Positions 9,329 to 22,604 of a stretch of 64,000 nt of DNA are shown here, piece by piece. Numbering within the stretch: the stretch's first letter is position 1; each line of letters opens with the position of its first letter. The DNA lies in assembly GCA_965205505.1 (NCBI GenBank), contig CBDBHB010000007.1, positions 96,001 to 160,000 of the forward strand, given 5' to 3'. A model generated the notes under the pieces. That model searched no databases, was not told where the DNA came from, and saw only the letters and a program-made list of their open reading frames with translations. Made by a program: the position numbers and the translations under genes. Origin of the DNA: Acidobacteriota bacterium (GTDB lineage Bacteria > Acidobacteriota > UBA890 > WLXD01).

Positions 9329-11076
9329 CGCTTGCCTCGCTGGCGTTTCTTGGCCTTGGGAAGAGCCTTCTCTGCCTGAAGCTCCGCGTCCATCTTCCGG
9401 TTCACGTAGAGCTGTTGCGTAATTCCGAGAAGGTTGTTTACGAGCCAGTAAAGCACCAACCCGCTGGGCACGTAGAGAAAAAGTACCGTAAAGATGATGG
9501 GCATGAACTTGAACATCCGCGCCTGCATGGGATCGGCGCCAGGCGACGGGGTCATCCGCTGCTGCACCAGCATGCTGCCGCCCATGAGCAGAGGCAGCAC
9601 GAGATATGGATCGTAGTCTGAAAGGTCCTGGACCCACATTACGAACGGCGCCTGGCGAAGCTCTACCGCGACCGATAGAAGCCGATAGAAGGAGAAAAGG
9701 ATTGGCAACTGCGCCAGCATCGGCAGGCACCCGCCGAAGGGCGACACGCCCTCGCGCTTGTAGAGCGCCATCACCTCCTCGTTCATCTTCTGCTTTTGCT
9801 CGAGCTCCTTGGAGCCCTTGTACTTCGCGCGAATCGCCGCCATCTGTGGTTGCAGTCGCTGCATGCGCCGCATAGAGACCATCGACTTGTGATTCAACGG
9901 CAAGAAGACGACCCGGAGCAACACCGTCAGCAGGATGATTGCGACGCCGTAGTTGCCAACGAAGGAGTGAATCCAGACGAGCAGCGCCAGCAGCGGGCGC
10001 GCCAACACCCCGAGCCAGCCAAAATCAACTGCGCGGTCGATGTCGTACCCCTGCTGCAAGAGATAGTCGAACTTCTTCGGGCCCAGATAGACCCCGGTAA
10101 CCACGCCCGTGGGCGGGATCCCAATGGCCACGCTCGCCAATGCCACCTGCGGTTCGTCGGATGGCGGCACGCTGTTCACGCGTCGGCTGGAGATCTGCAC
10201 CGCGGGTGGCGCGTCGAACAGGAAAGCTCCGAGGAAATAGTGGCTCTCGATTCCGGCCCACCGTACCGGGCCGGAAACTCCGATCGCAGATTCCGGTTCA
10301 GGCGGCGCCCAGCGCTCGATATCCTCACCCACGAGCGCTAGCGCGCCCTCCGCGAGAAACACGTTACGCGATCCGGCCTCGACTTCGTCCAGGCCAGCGC
10401 CCAGCGTCAAGTACATTTCGGCAGCGCCTGGCAGCGTGGCGTCCACTCGAACCCTGAGCTGATTGCCGGTCGCCGGAAACTCGATGCGTTTCGAAACCAC
10501 CGCGCCCCGCCCGTCGGCCCAACGGAAGGTTACCACCACGGGGTCGCCAGGTCTTGCTGTGCGCTCCCGGTCGCCCTCGACGCCGCCGCGAACATCAAGC
10601 TCGTACAGGGCACTGTTCGCCGCCGCCGCGATGGCGGGGTTGCTCGGGGTTTCGATGCCGAACGGCAACGCGTCTGCGGCTGCCGCAGCCGGGTGAACAA
10701 GCTCTAAGGGCGTGCGCGCAGCGGACTGATACTGGTTCAACACGAACCCCTGCAGCCTGCCGCCGACGTTTGTTACCGACGCCGTGTAGTTTTCGGCGTG
10801 GATGCGGAGGGTCTCCTGCTGCTGTGCCGATACCGCTTCAACGCTACCGTCCGCGGCGCGGGTTGCTTCGGGGAGCACGGCTTCTTGGGGGGCTGCAACG
10901 TTCTCGTCGATGACCGGGTCGCGTGTTTGCGGCGCCGCCGCGGCATCCTGCTGCTGAAGCGACGATTCGTCAACGGGCGGCACGAAATAGTATTGATAGA
11001 GTGCCAGGACCGCCATAGACAGCACGATCGCGAGCAGCGCTCGCGACTCCATCCTGGGCTCTTGGTCGCTACTCAT
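9325..11076 (-). CDS. yidC: Membrane protein insertase YidC
   Basis: YLGPK, VDFGW, GNYGVAIILLT, GGCLPML, SGLVLYW. Confidence 0.96.
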   Translation of the reverse strand: MSSDQEPRMESRALLAIVLSMAVLALYQYYFVPPVDESSLQQQDAAAAPQTRDPVIDENVAAPQEAVLPEATRAADGSVEAVSAQQQETLRIHAENYTASVTNVGGRLQGFVLNQYQSAARTPLELVHPAAAAADALPFGIETPSNPAIAAAANSALYELDVRGGVEGDRERTARPGDPVVVTFRWADGRGAVVSKRIEFPATGNQLRVRVDATLPGAAEMYLTLGAGLDEVEAGSRNVFLAEGALALVGEDIERWAPPEPESAIGVSGPVRWAGIESHYFLGAFLFDAPPAVQISSRRVNSVPPSDEPQVALASVAIGIPPTGVVTGVYLGPKKFDYLLQQGYDIDRAVDFGWLGVLARPLLALLVWIHSFVGNYGVAIILLTVLLRVVFLPLNHKSMVSMRRMQRLQPQMAAIRAKYKGSKELEQKQKMNEEVMALYKREGVSPFGGCLPMLAQLPILFSFYRLLSVAVELRQAPFVMWVQDLSDYDPYLVLPLLMGGSMLVQQRMTPSPGADPMQARMFKFMPIIFTVLFLYVPSGLVLYWLVNNLLGITQQLYVNRKMDAELQAEKALPKAKKRQRGKR

Positions 11077-11293
11077 GCGCCATCGGTACCGGGTCGTACC
11101 CGGCCTGGCTGAAAGGGTGGCAGCGGAGGATCCGGCGCACGGCCAACCACGCACCACGTACGACGCCGTGTTGCGCAACACTCTGTCGCGCGTACTCCGA
11201 GCAACTCGGATCGAAGCGACACTGGCCACCTAGGAGCGGTGACAGCGCCACCTGGTAGACGCGAATGAGGCAGACGAGCAGGCGCGCGATCAT
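11069..11293 (-). CDS. yidD: Membrane protein insertion efficiency factor YidD (in frame with rnpA here)
   Basis: YQVALSP...CRFDPSCSEY...RILRCHPF...GYDPVP. Confidence 0.93.
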   Translation of the reverse strand: MIARLLVCLIRVYQVALSPLLGGQCRFDPSCSEYARQSVAQHGVVRGAWLAVRRILRCHPFSQAGYDPVPMAHE

Positions 11294-11644
11294 GCCGGCT
11301 GGCCAGTAGCTCGGGCCGGCGAGTGCCAACAGGCCCGGAAGCAGGTCTGCAGGGCGACTTTCGAGTGTTCCCGGCCTCGCCACGACGACATAGTCATAGC
11401 CCACGGCGAACCCCTCCCACTGACTCCTGAACGCCTCTCGCACCAGTCGGCGGGCGCGATTACGTACCACGGCATTGCCAAGCCGCCGCGTCGCAGTAAT
11501 GCCGAGTCGCGGGTACTGCAGTCCGTTGGGGCGCGTAAACAATACGAACCTCGGCTCAACCTGTTTGGTGCCCTCTGCGTACACGCTCTCAAACTCCGAA
11601 CGTTTGCGCAGGCGGTGGGTTCTCGGGAACCCTTCCGGTCTCAC
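11290..11644 (-). CDS. rnpA: Ribonuclease P protein component (3' end frameshifted or fused to yidD)
   Basis: RLRKRSEF, RLGITATRRLGNAVVRNRARR. Confidence 0.92.
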
Positions 11645-11675
11645 GGCGCGGTATCGGCGGCTTCGCGAGTTCAGA

Positions 11676-11813
11676 TCAAGAGGGCGCCAGCCGCCTGCGG
11701 CCCTTGCGGCGACGACGACGGAGCACTGCGCGTCCGGAGCGCGTACGCATCCGGAGCCTGAAACCATGCACTTTCCGCCTGCGACGGCGGTTTGGCTGGA
11801 ACGTGCGCTTCAT
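11676..11813 (-). CDS. rpmH: 50S ribosomal protein L34
   Basis: [24 protein letters not shown]. Confidence 0.97.
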   Translation of the reverse strand: MKRTFQPNRRRRRKVHGFRLRMRTRSGRAVLRRRRRKGRRRLAPS

Positions 11814-12206
11814 TGGACTTGTGGTTTTGCTCGCCGTGCACGAGCCGCGAAAACGCGGAAACATCCGTCCGGCGAAGGCACCGTAGGGGGCGTTGAACAG
11901 GTGGCCCCCTGCTTCCTACGAAGGAGTTCGACACTATCGGCTCCGCCGGGAGCCGTCAACTCCCCGCGGGTACCGGACCCTCCCGGCAATCAACGCCAGT
12001 TCCTTGTGCTTCCGACTGGTCTGCAGGGGCGGTTTGGCGTCGTCTCATCCCGTCCTCGGCTCGCTTCCACCTGCTGAAAACCATTGTACAGCGTGGCTTT
12101 TTCTGTGCTATATTCCCGCATCTTGCGGCGCGGACTTCTGCTTCCCTGGCCTACGCGCGCGAGGTTCATGTAGCGTAAGTGTCCCTATATCGCTACGTTT
12201 TAAGTT

Positions 12207-12238
12207 TTTTTCACAGGTGTGGATAAGTCTGTGAAAAT
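12207..12238. promoter_or_regulatory. DnaA box cluster upstream of dnaA
   Basis: Perfect TGTGGATAA at 12218-12226 flanked by TTTTTCACA- and TGTGAAAAT-type variants. Confidence 0.8.
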
Positions 12239-12304
12239 CCGCGGGGTGGGCAGCGCCGCCGTCCACCGCCCGCGACACCAGTGCCTGGCGGTCTCGAGGG
12301 TGGG

Positions 12305-13654
12305 ATGGACACCTGGGCGCGAATCCTCTCGCGTATCGAGAACAAGCTCGACCCGCACACTTTCGAGACGTGGTTTCGGCCCACCGCGCTCCTCCGGGAA
12401 CAGGACGGCGGCCTGGATGTTGCCGTTCCCAACGAGGTTTTTCGCGACTGGCTTACGCAGAAGTACGCACCGTTGATCCGTGAGTCCCTGGAAGAGTTCC
12501 CGGGTGCGCCTACCGATATCCGCTTCTTCGTCGCCGGTATGGAACGTGCTCCTGGACCGCCCGGCTCCGCCCCTGTTGTCCCCGCGGCAGCCCCCGCTTC
12601 AGGGCGAGATCCTCTTGCTGTCCCGGAGCGGCCTGCGACGCTGAACCCGAAATACACCTTCGAGTCCTTCGTTGTCGGGGCGTCGAACCAGTTCGCCAAT
12701 GCCGCTGCTCGCGCCGTCGCCGAGAAACCATCGCGCTCGTACAACCCCCTCTTCATCTACGGAGGCGTTGGCCTGGGCAAGACGCACCTGATGCTTGCCA
12801 TTGGCCACTACATTCGCCGCACTCAACCAGACCTTCGCATCGTCTATCTGTCCTCCGAGCGCTTCATGAACGAGTTGATCAACTCGATCCGGTATGACCG
12901 TACTCACGAATTTCGTGTCCGCTATCGAAATATCGACGTGTTGCTCATAGACGACATCCAGTTCTTGGCAGGAAAAGAGCGTACTCAGGAGGAGTTTTTC
13001 CATACATTTAACGCCCTTCACGAAGAACAGCGCCAGATCGTCGTTACGAGCGACGCACCACCAAAGGAGATCCCGACGCTCGAGGAACGGCTGAGATCAA
13101 GATTCGAATGGGGACTCCTGGCCGACATCCAGCCGCCGGACCTCGAGACCAAAATCGCTATTCTGAAGAAGAAAGCCGAAGTCGAGGCGCCAGCCCTACG
13201 ACTGGCAGATGACGTGTTTCTCTACGTAGCAACGCATAGTAAATCGAATATTCGCGAGCTTGAGGGCGCCCTCATCCGCCTGCTGGCCTTCGCATCCTTG
13301 ACCGGCGACCAAATCACTGTCGCACTAGCCCGTCGCGTGTTGAAGGACACGCTCAACACCGACCCGCGGGCCGTCACAATTGAGAGTATTCAGCAGCGGG
13401 TCTCGGAGTACTACGGACTCCGTGCCGGGGAGCTAAACTCGCGAAGCAATGCCCGGCGAATAACTCGACCACGACAAGTGGCTATGTACCTGTCGAAGAA
13501 ACTGACGCACCACTCGTATCCCGAGATCGGAATTGCGTTCGGCGGAAAGCATCACAGTACCGTTATTCACTCGGTCCGAAAAGTTAAGAAAGACATGGAG
13601 AGTGACGAGGATCTTGAGCGTGGCGTCGCCGGGCTCTTGGATTCGTTTCAATAG
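12305..13654 (+). CDS. dnaA: Chromosomal replication initiator DnaA
   Basis: LNPKYTFESFV, YGGVGLGKTHL, LLIDDIQF, RLRSRFEWG, RPRQVAMYL, HSTVIH. Confidence 0.98.
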   Translation: MDTWARILSRIENKLDPHTFETWFRPTALLREQDGGLDVAVPNEVFRDWLTQKYAPLIRESLEEFPGAPTDIRFFVAGMERAPGPPGSAPVVPAAAPASGRDPLAVPERPATLNPKYTFESFVVGASNQFANAAARAVAEKPSRSYNPLFIYGGVGLGKTHLMLAIGHYIRRTQPDLRIVYLSSERFMNELINSIRYDRTHEFRVRYRNIDVLLIDDIQFLAGKERTQEEFFHTFNALHEEQRQIVVTSDAPPKEIPTLEERLRSRFEWGLLADIQPPDLETKIAILKKKAEVEAPALRLADDVFLYVATHSKSNIRELEGALIRLLAFASLTGDQITVALARRVLKDTLNTDPRAVTIESIQQRVSEYYGLRAGELNSRSNARRITRPRQVAMYLSKKLTHHSYPEIGIAFGGKHHSTVIHSVRKVKKDMESDEDLERGVAGLLDSFQ

Positions 13655-13872
13655 GTCCTGATATGGACAGGGTTTCCAAAAGGGAAATGTTGACGTTCAG
13701 TGAAATTAAGGTTCACCGGAGTTAACAGCACGAACGAGACCGCTCTATCCGCAGACGAATAGACAGGTCAAACCACTGAAAAGAAAGGTTGGTTCGGTGT
13801 TTTCAACAGCATTAACAGTGACTACTACTAATACGAGAATATAGACCTACTTTAGAAATAGGAGTAAATGTA
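13655..13872. other. oriC (dnaA-dnaN intergenic) with DnaA boxes and DnaA-trios
   Basis: AT-rich; TTTTCAACA/CATTAACA tandem degenerate boxes followed by ACTACTACTAATAC trio tract at 13821-13834. Confidence 0.85.
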
Positions 13873-14979
13873 ATGAAGTTCACTGTCCAGAGGGATGCAC
13901 TCGCGGGTGAGTTGCAGATCCTCCAGGGCATCGCCGAGAAAAGGAAAACCATTCCGGTTCTTTCCCACATCCTCATCTCGGCCGAGTCAGATCATCTATC
14001 GCTAGTCGCAACGGATCTAGAGGTCAGTCTAAGCACACGGTGCGACGCAGTGACGTCGGATCAGGGTGGCACGACGGTCAGCTCAAAGAAGATATTCGAG
14101 GTCGTTAAATCACTTCCGTCAGGCGAGATACAGATGATCTCAAAAGCCGGAGAGTGGCTCGATATCCGAGCCGGAGATGCGTACTTCCGACTGGTCTCGC
14201 TGCCGACGACGGATTTCCCGGAGGTTCCGGCAAGTACGTTTGAGTCTGCTACAGAGATACCGCACGCTCTTTTTCGCGAGATGATCCGCCGTACGTTGTT
14301 CGCGGTGACCAAAGAGGACGTTCGATACTCCTTGAACGGCGCGCTCCTGGAGATCGGCGGAGGCAAGGTCCGAATGGTTGCCACGGACGCGCACCGACTC
14401 GCCATGGTCGAGCATGACGATGCCGAGCTCGGAACACAGACGCAGGTGAGGGCGATTATCCCGAAGAAGGCGCTGGCGGAGATACGTGATCTCGGTAAGC
14501 CGGAGACCATGCTCTTTGCACAGGATGAGCACCATCTTCACTTCAAGATCGAACACCGTGTTCTCTCGACGCGTGTGATAGAGGGACAATTTCCTGCATA
14601 CGAGAAAGTCATCCCGCGCGACAACCCCGCTACTGTTCGCTTCTCTAGCGATGCCATGGCAGAGGCGATTCGCCGCGTCAGCTTGCTGGCATCGGAACGC
14701 TCGCGCGCGGTGAAGTTCACCTTCACCAACGGCTCAGCGACGATTGTCTCGAGCAACCCTGAATTGGGAGAAGCACGTGATTCTGTGCCCGTCCAATATG
14801 AGGGAGAAGAGCTGACCGTCAGCTTCAATGCGCAGTACATTCTCGACTTCCTGTCGGTGGCCGCAAGCGATCAGGTAGAGGCGTATCTTCGCGACGATTC
14901 AAGTCAAGGATTGATGTCTCCGGTACCCGCCGAGGACGGTCTGGCGTATCAGTACGTGCTTATGCCGATGAGGTTGTAG
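13873..14979 (+). CDS. dnaN: DNA polymerase III beta clamp
   Basis: ATDLEV, VATDAHRLA, GQFPAYEKVIP, FNAQYILD, YVLMPMRL; AGGAG RBS. Confidence 0.98.
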   Translation: MKFTVQRDALAGELQILQGIAEKRKTIPVLSHILISAESDHLSLVATDLEVSLSTRCDAVTSDQGGTTVSSKKIFEVVKSLPSGEIQMISKAGEWLDIRAGDAYFRLVSLPTTDFPEVPASTFESATEIPHALFREMIRRTLFAVTKEDVRYSLNGALLEIGGGKVRMVATDAHRLAMVEHDDAELGTQTQVRAIIPKKALAEIRDLGKPETMLFAQDEHHLHFKIEHRVLSTRVIEGQFPAYEKVIPRDNPATVRFSSDAMAEAIRRVSLLASERSRAVKFTFTNGSATIVSSNPELGEARDSVPVQYEGEELTVSFNAQYILDFLSVAASDQVEAYLRDDSSQGLMSPVPAEDGLAYQYVLMPMRL

Positions 14980-14985
14980 GCTAAC

Positions 14986-15016
14986 CTGTAAGTATCTGAT
15001 TTTAAATAACTTACAG
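14986..15016. promoter_or_regulatory. CTGTAAGT...ACTTACAG palindrome containing an IHF-like site
   Basis: Perfect 8-bp inverted repeat around an AT-rich core; same architecture as 5311-5336. Confidence 0.5.
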
Positions 15017-15034
15017 AACAACTCACACCGGCCC

Positions 15035-15068
15035 TTGACTATGCACAGAGGTCGCGGAGAGGTATAAT
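15035..15068 (+). promoter_or_regulatory. Putative sigma70 promoter of gyrB
   Basis: Perfect TATAAT 15063-15068; TTGACT 15035-15040 (22-nt spacer, atypical). Confidence 0.45.
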
Positions 15069-15289
15069 GTTCGGGTGCCTAGTGAAACGCAGGGTGTGCC
15101 CGGAAAGCGCGGCCGTCTCTATTCGCGAAGACAGCCGCCAGGGCGAAAACCGAGCGCACACAGCAGGTGGGGCGCGGCCCGAAAACCGGGTTTGTAGAGC
15201 GCTATCGTGGCCACTACGGATCGAATATGAGCCGGTGCTTTGTGTGCCATCAAAGCGCCTGTGGTCCGCGCGTGCTGATGCGCGCTTAG

Positions 15290-17725
<2,436 letters not shown>

Positions 17726-17782
17726 GTGATCACGGCGAGGCCATAGGCTGCCGCGATTCGACAGCGGACCCCCGGAGTCGTA

Positions 17783-20251
17783 ATGGATGTAATCGAGCAC
17801 AAGATGCCCGTCTCGGTCGAGGACGAGGTGCGACGGTCGTATCTCGACTACGCCATGAGCGTCATCGTAGGCCGCGCGCTGCCCGACGTCCGCGATGGGC
17901 TCAAGCCGGTGCACCGCCGCGTGCTCTTCGCCATGCAACAGCTCAACAACGGCTGGAACCAGGCGTATAAGAAGAGCGCACGCATCGTCGGCGACGTCAT
18001 CGGCAAGTATCACCCGCACGGCGACCAGGCGGTGTACGACACCATCGTCCGTATGGCGCAGGACTTCTCCATGCGCCACATGCTCGTCGACGGCCAGGGG
18101 AACTTCGGCTCGCTCGACGGAGACCCGCCAGCAGCGATGCGGTACACCGAAGTTCGCATGTCCCGCTTGGCGGGGGAGTTGCTCGCTGACAGCGACAAAG
18201 AAACCGTCGATTTTGTCGCCAACTACGACGATTCGCTCGAAGAGCCAACGGTCTTGCCAGCGAAGTTCCCGGCGCTGCTGGTGAACGGCTCCTCTGGAAT
18301 CGCGGTGGGGATGGCGACCAACATCCCGCCGCACAACCTTCGCGAGATCGTCGATGCCACCGTAGCGCTGATCAACGATCCAGAGATCACCGTCGCCGGC
18401 CTGATGCAGCACGTCCGGGGCCCCGACTTTCCTACCGCGGGGATCATCTACGGCGCCAGCGGCATCGTCGACGCATATCGCAGCGGCCGCGGCATCATCC
18501 GAGTCAGGGCACGCGCCGATATCGAGCGGCCCCCATCGAGCCGCGCGCGCGACCGCATCGTGATCACAGAGGTTCCCTATCAGGTCAATAAGGCGCGCCT
18601 CATCGAGCAGATCGCCGGGTTGGTGAAGAACAAAAAGCTCGAGGGCATCGCGGACCTGCGCGACGAGAGCAGCCGTGAAGGGGTGCGAGTTGTCATCGAG
18701 ATCAGGAGGGGAGAGGAACCCGACGTCGTTCTGAACAACCTGTATAGCCAGACGGCGATGACGAGTACGTTCGGCATCATTTTGTTGGCGATTCGCAACG
18801 GCGCGCCGAAGGTGCTCACCCTCAAGGAGATACTCCAGGCGTTCATTGGTTATCGTCGGGAGGTCATCACCCGCCGCACGCTCTTCGATCTCAAGCGTGC
18901 CGAGGCGCGGGCACACATTCTAGAAGGTCTCAAAATCGCCCTTGACCATCTCGATGAGATCATTGCGCTGATCCGGGGGTCAGAGAACGCCGAAGTTGCC
19001 CGTACAGGGATGGTCAAACGGTTCTCGATGTCCGAGACCCAGGCGCAGGCGGTGCTGGACATGCGCCTGCAGCGGCTGACGGGTCTCGAGCGGCAGAAGA
19101 TCCTCGACGACCTGAAGGTAACCCTGGAGCTCATCGAGAGCCTGGAGGACATTCTGGCCTCGGAGCGCAGGGTTCTCGACCTCATCGTCGACGAGCTTCA
19201 GGAGATCAAGGCATCGTATGGCGATGCTCGACGCACAGAGATCGTAAATGACGCGCGCGATTTCACCGTCGAGGACCTCATCGCCGAAGAGGACATGGTG
19301 GTGACGTGCAGTCACGCCGGCTACGTGAAGCGCACGCCTCTCAGCCTGTATCGCCAGCAGCGTCGTGGCGGGAAAGGGCGCATCGGCGCAGTAACCAAAG
19401 AGGGCGACTTCGTCGAGCATCTTTTCGTAGCGTCGACGCACGCCTATGTCATGGTGTTCACAGAGTTCGGAATGGCGTATTGGCTGAAGGTTTACAACTT
19501 GCCGCAGGGCGGGCCGGCGACGCGCGGCAAGGCGATCATCAACCTGCTGCCGCGCCTCGACAAAGGCGATTCTGTAGCCGCGATCCTGCCAGTGGCTGAG
19601 TTCGAAGAGGGCAAACATATCCTTTTCGCGACCGAGCAGGGGTTGGTGAAGAAGACTGAGCTAACCGCCTTCTCGCATCCCAAGGTGAATGGCATCATCG
19701 CCATTAGGATTCAGAAGGGAGACCGCCTTCTCGCCGCCAAGATCACCGACGGCGATCAAGACATCATCATCGGCACGTATCTCGGCAAGGCCATACGCTT
19801 CTCAGAGAGGGACGCCCGGCCCATGGGTCGAAGCACCATGGGGGTGAGGGGAATCCGCCTGTCGGAAGGCGACATCGTCGTCGGCGCGGACACAGTGCGC
19901 GGCGACTTCGGCACGATCCTCTCGGTGACCGAGCACGGCTTTGGCAAGCGCACGGCGGTGAGCCTGTACCGCCGCCAGCGGCGCGGTGGGATGGGCCTGA
20001 TCGACATCAAGACATCACCACGTAACGGTCCGGTGGTCGGTCAACGCGTGGTCACCGGCGAAGATGACGTCATGCTGATAAGCCAGAGCGGCAAGCTCAT
20101 CCGGATCCCCACGGCCGGGGTCAAAGAGCAAGGCCGCAACACCCAGGGCGTCAAGGTCATCGACCTTGGGGACGATGATCGCGTCGTCGCGGTGGCGCGG
20201 CTGGCGGAATCTGAGGCCTCCGCGGAATCTGAGGTCTCCTCCGACGACTGA
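17783..20251 (+). CDS. gyrA: DNA gyrase subunit A
   Basis: [24 protein letters not shown], GyrA box QRRGGKG. Confidence 0.98.
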   Translation: MDVIEHKMPVSVEDEVRRSYLDYAMSVIVGRALPDVRDGLKPVHRRVLFAMQQLNNGWNQAYKKSARIVGDVIGKYHPHGDQAVYDTIVRMAQDFSMRHMLVDGQGNFGSLDGDPPAAMRYTEVRMSRLAGELLADSDKETVDFVANYDDSLEEPTVLPAKFPALLVNGSSGIAVGMATNIPPHNLREIVDATVALINDPEITVAGLMQHVRGPDFPTAGIIYGASGIVDAYRSGRGIIRVRARADIERPPSSRARDRIVITEVPYQVNKARLIEQIAGLVKNKKLEGIADLRDESSREGVRVVIEIRRGEEPDVVLNNLYSQTAMTSTFGIILLAIRNGAPKVLTLKEILQAFIGYRREVITRRTLFDLKRAEARAHILEGLKIALDHLDEIIALIRGSENAEVARTGMVKRFSMSETQAQAVLDMRLQRLTGLERQKILDDLKVTLELIESLEDILASERRVLDLIVDELQEIKASYGDARRTEIVNDARDFTVEDLIAEEDMVVTCSHAGYVKRTPLSLYRQQRRGGKGRIGAVTKEGDFVEHLFVASTHAYVMVFTEFGMAYWLKVYNLPQGGPATRGKAIINLLPRLDKGDSVAAILPVAEFEEGKHILFATEQGLVKKTELTAFSHPKVNGIIAIRIQKGDRLLAAKITDGDQDIIIGTYLGKAIRFSERDARPMGRSTMGVRGIRLSEGDIVVGADTVRGDFGTILSVTEHGFGKRTAVSLYRRQRRGGMGLIDIKTSPRNGPVVGQRVVTGEDDVMLISQSGKLIRIPTAGVKEQGRNTQGVKVIDLGDDDRVVAVARLAESEASAESEVSSDD

Positions 20252-20291
20252 CCGGCCGCTCGCCGCTCACCGCGTTGCTGGAAGCGCCCGG

Positions 20292-22559
20292 CTACGCCAA
20301 CAGTTGAAGCTTGGCGTATTTGGCGATCAGCTGCTTGGTGCCGGCGCGCGTGAACGCCACGGTCAGCTTCAGCGAGTCGCCGCTGCCCTGCGCATCGGTG
20401 ATCCGTCCAGATCCGAACATCGGATGGAAGACGGCGGTGCCTTCGACGAGGCGGTTGGGCGACGCCGGCATGCCCGACCCGCGGGCGTTCGGATCAACAT
20501 GTCGAGCTGAACGTGAACGGCGTGACCCCGCCGAGGAGCGTGTTGTACGACGCGTGCGATCCCGCGTGGCCACTCTGCCCCGTCGGTGCGACACATCGAC
20601 GACTGCCTGCGGCTCCTCGTCAGCCACTAGTAGCCCGGAGTCGATCTCGCCGACGAAGCGGGACGGCAACTGGAACCGCTCGCGCCCGTGGACGCGGCGC
20701 AAGCGTGCCGAGCTGAGGAACAATTCGTTGCGCGCCCGCGTCATAGCGACGTAGGCCAGGCGTCGTTCCTCTTCGACCTGGCCCCCGTCGATTGCGGAAC
20801 GCATCGGAAACAGGCCCTCTTCAAGGCCCGCCACGAACACCTGCACGAACTCGAGCCCCTTGGCCGAGTGGACCGTCATCAACGCTACCCCCGTGGCCCC
20901 GCGCGACGAGTCCGCGTCGGAGATCAGCGCGGTGCGATCGAGAAACGACGCCAGCGCTTCCTTAGCGGCAGACGTGTCGCCGGAAAACTCGATGGCCGAG
21001 GCCACCAACTCGTCGACGTTGGCCAGCCGGTCCTCGCCGTCAGGTCGGTTTCGAAGCAGCGCGCGGTAGCCGCTAAGCGCCATCACCTGCTCGATCAGCT
21101 CGCCAAGCGGCATCGTGTCGATCCGCCGGCGCAAGTCAGCGATTAGCTGACCGAAAACGACCAAACCTCCCACTGCCCGTCCGCGGCACCCGAGGGCGCG
21201 GAGCCGCGCCTCTGGATCGACCGCCTCTATCGTTTCGAGCAGCGCGCCAAGCGACGATTTGCCATGGCTTCGCAGCGACTCGAGGCTGGCGGGTCCGACA
21301 CCACGCGTCGGGGTGCCCATCGCCCGCGCCAGAGCCGCGTCGTCGTCGGTCAACAAGAGGCGTAGGTAGGCCAATATATCCCTGACCTCAGCGCGTCGGA
21401 AGAACGTCTGCCCGCCGAGCACGCGAAACGGGATACCTCGCCCGGCGAGCTCCTCTTCGAAGGGTCGAGATTGCGCGTTGGTGCGATACAGGACCGCCAT
21501 ATCGCTCGGCGGTGCGCCGGCGGCGATCGCCGCGGCGATTCGCTTCGCGACCCAGACCGCCTCGCTGCGCTCCGTGGCACATTGCATGTATGTCGGCTTG
21601 GAGTCGCCCGGGTTGTTCGTCCACAACTGCTTCCCTAGGCGCTCACTGTTGCGCGCCACCAGCGATCCGGCAGCGGCGAGGATAGCCGGTGTCGAACGGT
21701 AGTTCTGTTCGAGCCGTATGACGGTGGCATTTGGGAAATCGTCGCGGAACTCGAGCACGTTGGCGATGTCGGCCCCGCGCCACCTGTAAATTGCTTGGTC
21801 TTCGTCGCCGACGACCATGAGCGTGGCGTTGTCGTGGAGCAACGCGCGCACGAGGCGATACTGCGTGCGGTTGGTGTCCTGATACTCGTCGACGAGCAGA
21901 TGTCCGAAGCGCGTCGCGTCGGGGGCAATGACCCCGCGGTTAAGCAACTGCAGCGGCAATGCGAGAAGGTCGTCAAAATCGACCGCGTTGTCGGTTCGCA
22001 TCTCCTTGCGATAGCGGTCGTAGACGCGGGCTGCGGCGCGCTTCTCGGGAGACTGGCCAGGATCGTCCCAGGTGCGCGGGTCCTCCAGTTGGTTGCGGGC
22101 TCGACTGCACATCTCGTACAGCATCGTCGGTCGCAGCTCGCTGGCGTCGATGTTCGCCGCCGCCTGGCAGCGCCGCCAGACTGTCAACGCATCGCCGCGA
22201 TCGTAAACCGCGAACCCGGGGCGGGGAGCGCCATCAGCTCCGGCAGCGTCGCGGAGGATACGCAAGCCCAAGGCGTGGAAGGTCAGCACCCAAACGTCTG
22301 AGGCAGCTGCGCCGGCCAGCCGCTCGAGGCGCTCGCGCATCTCGCCGGCGGCCTTGTTGGTGAACGTCACGGCGCAGACAGTGGTTGGCGGGACGCGCAT
22401 CTCGGCGAGCAACCAGGCGATGCGATAGGTGATTACGCGGGTCTTGCCCGAACCTGCGCCAGCCAACACGAGACACGGGCCCCCAGCGTGGGTGACGGCG
22501 CGGTACTGCTCGGGGTTGAGGTCGCCGGAAAGGTCGGCGCGCAGGTCGAGCTGGCTCAC
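20292..22559 (-). CDS. pcrA: ATP-dependent DNA helicase PcrA/UvrD
   Basis: AGAGSGKT, VDEYQDTN, VGDEDQAIY, LEQNYRS, MTVHSAKGLEF, EERRLAYVAMTRA, Tudor-like C-terminus. Confidence 0.95.
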   Translation of the reverse strand: MSQLDLRADLSGDLNPEQYRAVTHAGGPCLVLAGAGSGKTRVITYRIAWLLAEMRVPPTTVCAVTFTNKAAGEMRERLERLAGAAASDVWVLTFHALGLRILRDAAGADGAPRPGFAVYDRGDALTVWRRCQAAANIDASELRPTMLYEMCSRARNQLEDPRTWDDPGQSPEKRAAARVYDRYRKEMRTDNAVDFDDLLALPLQLLNRGVIAPDATRFGHLLVDEYQDTNRTQYRLVRALLHDNATLMVVGDEDQAIYRWRGADIANVLEFRDDFPNATVIRLEQNYRSTPAILAAAGSLVARNSERLGKQLWTNNPGDSKPTYMQCATERSEAVWVAKRIAAAIAAGAPPSDMAVLYRTNAQSRPFEEELAGRGIPFRVLGGQTFFRRAEVRDILAYLRLLLTDDDAALARAMGTPTRGVGPASLESLRSHGKSSLGALLETIEAVDPEARLRALGCRGRAVGGLVVFGQLIADLRRRIDTMPLGELIEQVMALSGYRALLRNRPDGEDRLANVDELVASAIEFSGDTSAAKEALASFLDRTALISDADSSRGATGVALMTVHSAKGLEFVQVFVAGLEEGLFPMRSAIDGGQVEEERRLAYVAMTRARNELFLSSARLRRVHGRERFQLPSRFVGEIDSGLLVADEEPQAVVDVSHRRGRVATRDRTRRTTRSSAGSRRSRSARHVDPNARGSGMPASPNRLVEGTAVFHPMFGSGRITDAQGSGDSLKLTVAFTRAGTKQLIAKYAKLQLLA

Positions 22560-22604
22560 AATGGGTGGTCCCGTGCCGTCGCGGCTCGGCGGCCCGACGA
22601 GCGG

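Noticed and set aside
9329-9730. Long N-terminal extension of Jag in the ORF track
   Set aside because: Overlaps yidC; ATG 9328 with ATGA coupling is the better start
12305-14979. Genome-wide TAG reassignment
   Set aside because: dnaA, dnaN, glmS and recR end at TAG at their conserved C-termini
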